Of a DNA stretch of 64,000 bases, positions 24,385-32,200 are shown in pieces (within the stretch, counting starts at the first letter, position 1; every line of letters begins with the position of its first letter). The position numbers were made by a program, and so were the translations under genes. Source of the DNA: a virus. The stretch covers positions 19,700 through 83,699 of the IMG/VR virus record IMGVR_UViG_3300000295_000002; one strand, 5' to 3'. The notes under the pieces are model-generated. The model worked only from the letters and a program-made list of their open reading frames with translations. It did no database searches and was not told where the DNA came from.

Positions 24385-24605
24385 GGAATAACCATCACAA
24401 TCCTAATAAAGTACCGCCGTTCAAACCAGCCCCAGAACATTGGACTAAAAAAGTTCATTCATGGAAGGCGAAGGTCGCATACGAGACAGAGGATGATGCT
24501 TGGGAGTTTCTGAATCAGAATCCGAAATTAAAGTCTCTTGGTTATACTTGCTACCTGTGCAAGGTGTGCTCTAGGTATCATATAGGTAGATTACATCATA
24601 AATAG
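24381..24605 (+). CDS. small protein with C-terminal CxxCxxC cluster
   Basis: 74 aa. CYLCKVCSRYH. ATGA overlap with the upstream gene. Confidence 0.55.
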   Translation: MRNNHHNPNKVPPFKPAPEHWTKKVHSWKAKVAYETEDDAWEFLNQNPKLKSLGYTCYLCKVCSRYHIGRLHHK

Positions 24606-24612
24606 TTGAGAT

Positions 24613-24978
24613 ATGGATTATTGGAGTGCAAATTTCTATAAAGCAAATAATGAAAGAACGGCTGCTATTCTTGATAAAGTGAAAAAGGGTGTATGGCTGT
24701 TTTTGAAAGACGAAGATGTTGTGAGGAAAGATAATTGTTTCCTACATAAATTTGGTGTTCTGTCGGAAAGCCGTTATAAGAATCCTACACCTTTTCTTGC
24801 AGAAGTTGGAGAAGAAGAAACCATTTTGAAACCTGCTTTCGATGTTCAAGGAATGTATGATATATGTAATGTTGATGTTGGTGGAAAATGTGGTTTGTTT
24901 AAAACAAACAAAGACCATGACTGCATAATCGTGAACACGCGATTTTTTCTATTAGGTCTTGAATTAAAAGATGTTTAA
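24613..24978 (+). CDS. hypothetical protein
   Basis: 121-aa ORF. Confidence 0.55.
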   Translation: MDYWSANFYKANNERTAAILDKVKKGVWLFLKDEDVVRKDNCFLHKFGVLSESRYKNPTPFLAEVGEEETILKPAFDVQGMYDICNVDVGGKCGLFKTNKDHDCIIVNTRFFLLGLELKDV

Positions 24979-24995
24979 CATAAATAGTTGAAAAT

Positions 24996-25349
24996 ATGAA
25001 GAAGTTTTTATTAGTTGCATTAATTGCAGTGGTGTCGCTATTGGCATCATGTAGCAGAAATCAGAGATTCCAAGAAGGCAATCGTGAGTTGTATGACACT
25101 ATTACGGTGTACTCTGTTGACAAAATCGTAGAAACGTCTGGCAGTAAAGACAGAATCAGGACAGATACTTATTATCTTGTTGCTACAGACAAGGGAGCGT
25201 ATCGTATAGATTTGTACGGAATATGGGGTAATCCTCAACTTGTTGGAGTTATAAAACAGAATAGAACATATATTGTTGAAACAAAATGGTTCGATGCTCC
25301 AATTCTTAAGGAATACAAACGTATAACTAAACTGATTCGTGAATTATGA
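24996..25349 (+). CDS. lipoprotein
   Basis: Signal peptide with lipobox MKKFLLVALIAVVSLLASC. Confidence 0.65.
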   Translation: MKKFLLVALIAVVSLLASCSRNQRFQEGNRELYDTITVYSVDKIVETSGSKDRIRTDTYYLVATDKGAYRIDLYGIWGNPQLVGVIKQNRTYIVETKWFDAPILKEYKRITKLIREL

Positions 25350-25750
25350 AGAAGAAAGGATATTACGAATACGACCCTGTTATCTATCCGAGATTGTTAT
25401 GTGTCGCTATTGGCATGAGCCAAGAAGATGCTAATAAGTGTTTCGAAGGTAGAAATGGCGAGGTTTTGAAGGTTGATTTCTCTAATTATGACGCAATAAC
25501 CTACGATATAGTTAGAGAAAAGGAGAATAAGAGGCTTTGTTCATTTATTAATTTTGCAAGCAAGGATTCTATGAAGATGGGGGTTTGTTGCCATGAAGCT
25601 TCTCATGCCTGCGATGACATCGAGGATGATATTGGTATGGAACATGGCGGCGAGCCTTCTGCCTACTTGATTGGCTGGATTGCGTCTTGCATCAACAAGG
25701 CTCGTTTGGGCATTGGAGATTTCGTAGAAATTAAAGATAAGGAGGAATAG
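25346..25750 (+). CDS. hypothetical protein with HExxH motif
   Basis: 134 aa. CCHEASHACDD is a possible zinc-binding site. Confidence 0.5.
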   Translation: MKKKGYYEYDPVIYPRLLCVAIGMSQEDANKCFEGRNGEVLKVDFSNYDAITYDIVREKENKRLCSFINFASKDSMKMGVCCHEASHACDDIEDDIGMEHGGEPSAYLIGWIASCINKARLGIGDFVEIKDKEE

Positions 25751-25753
25751 CTT

Positions 25754-26140
25754 ATGAGAAATTATTGCTATAAGGTTTCAAAGAATGGATGGAGAAGTCA
25801 CGATAAGATAGATACCATTACTGGTATTCACGTGTACGAACTTAACAAAACAAAGCATGACACAGAGCTTTGTGAAAAAGGCGTGATGTGCGAGGTGTAC
25901 GAGGAAGGAACGTTCTACGATGAGCATGATGAGTTTTATTTCCAAGCAAAGAATACTGTCAAGGCTTCAAAAATCGGATTCTCGCATTATATCAACCGAG
26001 ACTTACAGAAGCTCGGTGATAAGAATGTTAGGTTGTTCTTGATGGATAATAGTATTTCCTTTGATGATGCTATGGCGTTATCGGAATCGGATGCTTACAA
26101 AAAGTGTAAGGAGTATTACAAACGTTTAACAGAGAAATAG
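25754..26140 (+). CDS. hypothetical protein
   Basis: 128-aa ORF. TAGCTTATG junction. Confidence 0.55.
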   Translation: MRNYCYKVSKNGWRSHDKIDTITGIHVYELNKTKHDTELCEKGVMCEVYEEGTFYDEHDEFYFQAKNTVKASKIGFSHYINRDLQKLGDKNVRLFLMDNSISFDDAMALSESDAYKKCKEYYKRLTEK

Positions 26141-26143
26141 CTT

Positions 26144-26470
26144 ATGGATAAAAACGAGAAATTAAAACTTGGTGACATTTTTCTTGCGCCAAAAGAGTTT
26201 TTTCTAAATAATTCCGATGGAAAGCTAAAGCAGAAAATAGAAAGTTATGCGGAAGTAAGAAAAGATGGCAGGGTTATGTGCGCGGTTGTTGAGGATGTAA
26301 ATTCAGTTTTCCCCAATGAATCATTATATACAATCGCTGTGAAACAAAAACAATTTGCACCTCCAATTAGGGTTTGTGTCAGTAAGGATTATAACCTTGA
26401 TTGTTTTGAATTGCTTTCTGAAAAAGAGATGAAAGTTGCTGGTTTACTTTGGTTTTGTTATGGTGTTTAA
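26144..26470 (+). CDS. hypothetical protein
   Basis: 108-aa ORF. TAGCTTATG junction. Confidence 0.55.
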   Translation: MDKNEKLKLGDIFLAPKEFFLNNSDGKLKQKIESYAEVRKDGRVMCAVVEDVNSVFPNESLYTIAVKQKQFAPPIRVCVSKDYNLDCFELLSEKEMKVAGLLWFCYGV

Positions 26471-26488
26471 TATAGAAGGAAATAGCTT

Positions 26489-26980
26489 ATGATTAAGATT
26501 GAAGATATTAAGATTGGCTCTATCTTGCAGATTAGGAAGGTAGATTTGGAAGATATTACTAGTTCTGTGTTTATCGAGATTATAGACCCTAACAATATAT
26601 ATGACTCATTTGCCATTGAAGTCATTGATATGGCTGATGGAGTGTGTGTAATATCATGTACTAAAAGAAATAAATCCATTGGTGTGGATGCGGATAAATT
26701 AGCGAAGGTTTCCGTCTTCGCAAACGAATCTGCAAACAAAAAGACGGAGCAAGTATCTCATCCATCCCATTATGCGTGGTTGAATGATTTGTGCGGTGTT
26801 GAGCCTTTGGATATTTGCAGACATCTTGACTTCAATACAGGGAACGCTATCAAGTATCTCTTGCGCAAGGATAAGGTGGATGGCAACAAAACAAAGACCG
26901 AGAAGCGCATTGAGGACTTGCGTAAGGCGGTGTTTTATATCCAAGACGAAATAAAATTATTGGAGCATGGCACAGACTAA
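26489..26980 (+). CDS. DUF3310-like protein
   Basis: The C-terminal HPSHYAW...EPLDICRHLDFNTGNAIKYLLRKDK...EDLRKAVFYI matches my recollection of the DUF3310 signature. Confidence 0.65.
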   Translation: MIKIEDIKIGSILQIRKVDLEDITSSVFIEIIDPNNIYDSFAIEVIDMADGVCVISCTKRNKSIGVDADKLAKVSVFANESANKKTEQVSHPSHYAWLNDLCGVEPLDICRHLDFNTGNAIKYLLRKDKVDGNKTKTEKRIEDLRKAVFYIQDEIKLLEHGTD

Positions 26981-27236
26981 ATACACTTGTAAGGATTGCG
27001 TATTGTTGAATGATGAAGATTCTGAGTTCCCATATTGCTTGGGCAAAGACTTATATACATACACAAATCCTGACGATGATGCTTGCGGAGACATTATTCC
27101 GCTGGTATATACGTGCAAGGATTGTTTCTTCTTCAAGGATGGGGTTTGCAATGACCCTAATGAGATTAGGTTTACTTCTGAGGAGAATCCATCTTGCACA
27201 GGTTTCGAGTACAAAACGATTGTAGAACAAAAATAA
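26967..27236 (+). CDS. Cys-rich small protein (two YTCKDC repeats)
   Basis: 89 aa. YTCKDCVLL...C and YTCKDCFFFKDGVC. Confidence 0.55.
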   Translation: MAQTKYTCKDCVLLNDEDSEFPYCLGKDLYTYTNPDDDACGDIIPLVYTCKDCFFFKDGVCNDPNEIRFTSEENPSCTGFEYKTIVEQK

Positions 27237-27246
27237 ATATATAGTT

Positions 27247-27822
27247 ATGGCTAGAATTGCAAAAAAGAAGACTGTTGACAACAATGCAGGTTTGCTTAAA
27301 GTTGTTGACGGAATCAACAAGAAAGATGTTGAAAGCGTTACCGACTTCGGTCATTTCTTCATCGTAATTTTGAAGGATTGTGCTATTTTCCACACACATA
27401 TTGGATTTGAAGCACGTTTTAAGCGTTGGGGCGGTGTTGATATGGAAGGACACGCGCTTACCACTACAACATTCGCGTGGCTTGAAAATCTTGTTGCGAT
27501 GAAGAAAGAAGTAAAGGGGAAAGAGAATGATATTTTCCCTGAGACAGATGTTACTTATCAGGATATGCTTGATAGTATGGTTATCATCACAGAAGCCAAC
27601 ATTACTCATCCGATTACAGCGTTCACTGATGCAGATGATGCAGCAAAATTTGCAAAAGAAAAACTTGATTACATCGGTCGTATGCAGAAAGAGTTGGAAA
27701 CTGTAATGAACACTCAAGTTTCCGAAGAGACAGAGGAAGACTTGAAGAAGAACTTTGAGCACGGTCAGAAAGCAATATTGGCAGAGCAAGCAGCCGAGGC
27801 TCTTAATCAAGGAAAGGAATAG
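27247..27822 (+). CDS. hypothetical protein
   Basis: 191-aa ORF. Confidence 0.6.
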   Translation: MARIAKKKTVDNNAGLLKVVDGINKKDVESVTDFGHFFIVILKDCAIFHTHIGFEARFKRWGGVDMEGHALTTTTFAWLENLVAMKKEVKGKENDIFPETDVTYQDMLDSMVIITEANITHPITAFTDADDAAKFAKEKLDYIGRMQKELETVMNTQVSEETEEDLKKNFEHGQKAILAEQAAEALNQGKE

Positions 27823-27825
27823 CTT

Positions 27826-28158
27826 ATGTATAATGAATGGTATATAGAACTGAAATACGGACTATTCCGAGATTACAGGATTGTAAGGATGTGTGATGCT
27901 AACGGAGTGAAACGAGACGGTATCTTTATACCATTCATTCAGAACGGAATCAAATGGGATGGTGTAAAGGTTAAGAATCCTGTTCAGTATCTAAAGCCGA
28001 TTTGGGCTGCCGCCGATGGTTCTAGATTACACAAGTTAGTTCCCATGGTTTCTGTGGATTTTAGACAGAAAATGGAAGATGCAGGTGTTTTATCACCAGA
28101 TGATAAATATCCTTGTGATACGGTAGGTTACGTTTATAAAGATAAAAATAAGATATAA
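27826..28158 (+). CDS. hypothetical protein
   Basis: 110-aa ORF. TAGCTTATG junction. Confidence 0.55.
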   Translation: MYNEWYIELKYGLFRDYRIVRMCDANGVKRDGIFIPFIQNGIKWDGVKVKNPVQYLKPIWAAADGSRLHKLVPMVSVDFRQKMEDAGVLSPDDKYPCDTVGYVYKDKNKI

Positions 28159-28163
28159 CGGCT

Positions 28164-28511
28164 ATGATATACTTAGGTAATGATACAATGGATAAGGTAG
28201 AGCGGATGGTTTGCGAACAAGTGAACACGGCTATGAGTACTGAGGAAAAGGAAGGAGTGAATGCAGATGATTTATATGTCGGCAACACTAATATTCCTTT
28301 TGCGAGAGCGGTAGCAAGAAACTTTGTTCTTGACGTTCTTCACAATCGGTATGGTTTTTCCTATGCCGTTATCGCACAGCGCGCGGACATCAATGAGAAA
28401 TCTGCTATGCGATGTGTCCGCAAGTGCCACGAGCTTGTCGGGTACGATAAAACCTATGCGTATGTGAACACTTTAATTAACGATAGATTGAGAGAATGGT
28501 ATGGGGAATAG
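28164..28511 (+). CDS. DnaA C-terminal-domain-like HTH protein
   Basis: ARAVARNFVLDVLHNRYGFSYAVIAQRADINEKSAMRCVRKCHEL resembles DnaA domain IV. Confidence 0.45.
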   Translation: MIYLGNDTMDKVERMVCEQVNTAMSTEEKEGVNADDLYVGNTNIPFARAVARNFVLDVLHNRYGFSYAVIAQRADINEKSAMRCVRKCHELVGYDKTYAYVNTLINDRLREWYGE

Positions 28512-29034
28512 CAATGAATTATTGACGTTGAAGCGCAATGCCCTAAGATTGGGATTGTGCGGAGAATATAAAGGGAAATGGGATTCTGCCGCGAGTAAGC
28601 GAGAATTGGTAAATATGGCTCTTGATTCAAACGGAATTGAGTTTATGGCTGATTCTATTGCTTTCGGATGGGGATTGTCAAAAGAGTACCTTTTGAAAGA
28701 GTTTGGTGAGTTTGCCAATGGATTCTACCAATGTAACGAGCACGGATATACTAGCGAAATGTATATAGGTGCTCATGGAGTTATCAAGGCGCGCTCTACG
28801 ATTATTCTTGTCGCATACTGCAAGGATTTGGAAATTGAAGTTCCTGAGAATATGGTTACTCGCATATATGTGTGCGGAAAGAGTGAAGTTCGCATCGAAT
28901 GCAAAGGAAAATGTGACCTTGTAGAGTACGGAGAGGATAATGATGTTAAAATCATTGGCTACGATGACGTAAATATGACGTTAGGGCACGTTTACACATC
29001 AGAGTGGAATAGTTGTAAGGACGAGCAGAAATAA
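28501..29034 (+). CDS. hypothetical protein
   Basis: 177-aa ORF, last gene of the rightward block. Confidence 0.55.
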   Translation: MGNSNELLTLKRNALRLGLCGEYKGKWDSAASKRELVNMALDSNGIEFMADSIAFGWGLSKEYLLKEFGEFANGFYQCNEHGYTSEMYIGAHGVIKARSTIILVAYCKDLEIEVPENMVTRIYVCGKSEVRIECKGKCDLVEYGEDNDVKIIGYDDVNMTLGHVYTSEWNSCKDEQK

Positions 29035-29177
29035 CGTCTTACGGCTCATTTAAATAGCAAAGTTTGGTAAAAATATTTATATTATTTTCTTGTTTACAGA
29101 GTGTACGGCGGTACACACAGACATAAAGTGTAATTTTACTTTTTATATTAGTTAAGGTTTAGTTAGATTTATGTTGA

Positions 29178-29217
29178 TTAAAAAGGGCAAGTTCAGTTGT
29201 GAAACCGAGCTTGCCCT
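29178..29217 (-). terminator. intrinsic terminator of the head/tail operon
   Basis: 11-bp stem AGGGCAAGTTC / GAGCTTGCCCT. On the minus strand it is followed by TTTTTAATC. Confidence 0.65.
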
Positions 29218-29242
29218 AATTTTATATATAGAACACTGAAAA

Positions 29243-32200
29243 CTAATTCATAAACACCTTGATACCATTTCTTCCTTGCTTGTGACCGCCCTTTACACAG
29301 CTGGTCAGAGTGTCGCGAATATCAGTAAGTATTGTTGTCTGCAATCTCAACTCAATGAGTACAGGACTGCTTGATGTATCTTGTGTTATCGCGCTGATAC
29401 TATTGCCGAGCTTCTCTAACAGAGTGTCGCGGATGATACGAATGTCTGCTTGTTGAGTAGCTACATAAAACCTGAGAGAATTGAGTATCGATTCCAACGC
29501 CTGTGCGGTTGATTCTGTATCAGACTGAATACCTTGCTGCAAAGCAGAGATATTTGAACTGCCTTTTGGTTTATATCCTAATCCATCAACGAATGATTTC
29601 AACATATCAGAAACACCTTTCAGTTTATCCTTACCGGTTGTCATAATATTATCCAATTCAGCTTTAACCAAATTCAATCCATTATTTCCACCATCGCTTC
29701 CTTGTTCGACCGCATTGTCAATCTTTTTAAACAACGGCTCTAGCATCTTACCAACAATACGTTGTGTAGCTTGCTTAACTATGAGGTTCTGTATATACTC
29801 ATCGAATTTATCATTAAGTGCTTCGAGAGCATCGCTTCCTTCGTTGTAAGCATCAACCCAAGTCTTTGCAAACTCCTCTGCTGCCGACTTATAGTTAGCC
29901 TTTGTCCCGAATCCGCCAAGTTGTTCTGTAAGACTTTGTTCTGCCTTCTCGATAGCCTTGTTGTTGGCTTCGATTTGTTTGCGGTACTCTTCAATCTTAT
30001 CATTATCGGTCTTCTTCTTGTCCTGCTCTGCTTTTATCATTGATTCAAGGTTGGCATTCTGAGTTTTGAGATTCTTAACCATCTCATCATTGTATTGTGC
30101 CAAACGTTCAATATCAAAAGCATTATCCATAGCATCTTTGAGTTCGCTGTATCTCTCTCGCAGTTTTTCAATCGCCTTTTGGTGATTTTCAATCTGCTTT
30201 TGCAGTTTTTTATCTTTTGTTCCCCATCCGAAGATGCCGCCAAGAGTTTTTCCGATGCCTCCGATAACACCTATCGTACCTTTGACAACAGAGAATGGTC
30301 TAGTAATATCAATACCTTCAAGAGAAGAACCAATCTTACTGATTCCATCTACAACCTCTGATAAATCGTCAGACATTTCGATGTTAGCACCCCAGTCATT
30401 CAATGCGCTAAAAAGTTCTGTAACGGAACTAGCTGCATCAGAGAAGTTTTGCCCGATATTCTGAACTTGCTGTTGTAAAGTCTTCTGCAACTTCTGTCCG
30501 TTTCGTATCTGCTCTGCTTGCTTTTCTGTTATCTTTCCTTGCGCTACAAGCTGGTCTGTTATTACACGAAGTCTTTCCTTGTCAATATCCCAAAGGATTC
30601 TTGCCTGAATGGCTTCTTTTGAAGCAACACCATATTTTATTACTGCATTATTGTAAGCAATCTCTGCATTTTTGACATCCTTATTCGCATTGCTTTGGTC
30701 GTTTTTCAATATCTGCTCTTTTTGGGTAGCATCAATATACTCTTCCTCTAGCTTTTTGCGCTGCTTGGCAAATTTCAGGTATTCCTTGAAATTCTTGCCA
30801 ATGTTACTATAAGGATTTCTCTCAACAAGTAAAGCATCTATCTTATTAATCTGCTCAACTATCTGTTTTAATTGCTCTGGAGTGAGATTTTTCATCGAAG
30901 AACGTAATCCTTCAAGTCTCGCTTTCATTGCAGTAAGCACGCGGTTTGATGTGTGGTCTAGATTCTCAAAGATAGAAATATACATATCGCTATTCTGAAA
31001 ATCTTTCCAAGAATTAGTATCTGTCTTTGAAGCATATTGCTTATCAAGGTTATCTTGAAGCTGCTTCTGCAAATCTTTGTTCTTGGATATATTCGCATTG
31101 CTTTGGATTTTCTGCTTTTCCTCAATGTACCACTTATCCAACTGTAACTGGTCGGAAAGTTGCTGCTTGTATGCCTTAATCAGCTCTTGTGCTTGATTAA
31201 TTTGGTCTTGATAGACTTCCTTATCAAGTTTCTGCATTTGTGACGCGTATTCCTTTGCAACATCATCACCCCACTTATTTTGGTCTTTACCCCATTTTGC
31301 CTCGAAATCATCTGTAATAGACTTTCGCACATCATCGAATGAAGAGGTTAAGTCACCGAACATGCTTTTGATGATGCTATCAGAAAGACCTTCACCTTTG
31401 AGTTTCTTAAACAAATCGAGCTGTGAGAATGCTTCTTGCGCATTGTTCTTCGCATCGTCAAGTTGTTGCTTGAAATACTCCTCATCAATATCAAGACGGA
31501 TTTCGGTAGCGTTGCGTAATGCGCTGCCACGCTTTCCGAGTTCCTTATATAGGCTTGCAAGATATTCTATCTTCTTTGCAATAGTCTGGCGGTCTGGGAT
31601 AAAGTTGTTTATATTCATACCAACATTCTTTGCCGCCAACGCAAAGTGCTTACGAACATCGGCTGTGGCTTGCTCTTCGCCTTCGTATTTAATGAGTTTC
31701 TGATATTCAGAACTCATATCCTTCAACAGAGAAATGCGCTCGTTGATAATATCACGCTGTACCCTATCGTGTTTAGTGGTATTTTTTCTGATTTTATTGT
31801 ACCCCATAATACGGTCGGCAGCTTCCTTGTAACCTTGCCCCAACTGAGAAATATCCTTGTATAGGTCGTTTATCTCCCTTGTGGTTGCAGCCTCATTATA
31901 CCCAGCCAACTTCATTGTGCCACCTTTGAGATTGTGTCGCTTAGTCACAAGTTCTTGCAGCTTTTTAAGTTGTTCTTGTGCCTCTGCATCAAACTCTCCG
32001 TATGCGCTTTTAGGGTCTAGTTTGATAGGGTCGTAAGTAAAGGTGATATGATAAGTGTTATTAGCAAACGCCTTATCCATCTGTGCCTTAATGGACGCAA
32101 TATCATTCTTCGCTTGTGTTGTATCAAGTCTTGCTGTAACTTTAAAATACTCCTTCGCGTGTTTTTTAGACCAACTATTCCATCCTTCCTCTGCTGCTAC

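Noticed and set aside
27172-27810. Minus-strand ORF 27172..27810 (212 aa)
   Set aside because: It is antisense to 27247..27822, which has the conserved junction motifs at both ends. Its composition is Cys/Phe/Leu-rich and looks like an artefact.
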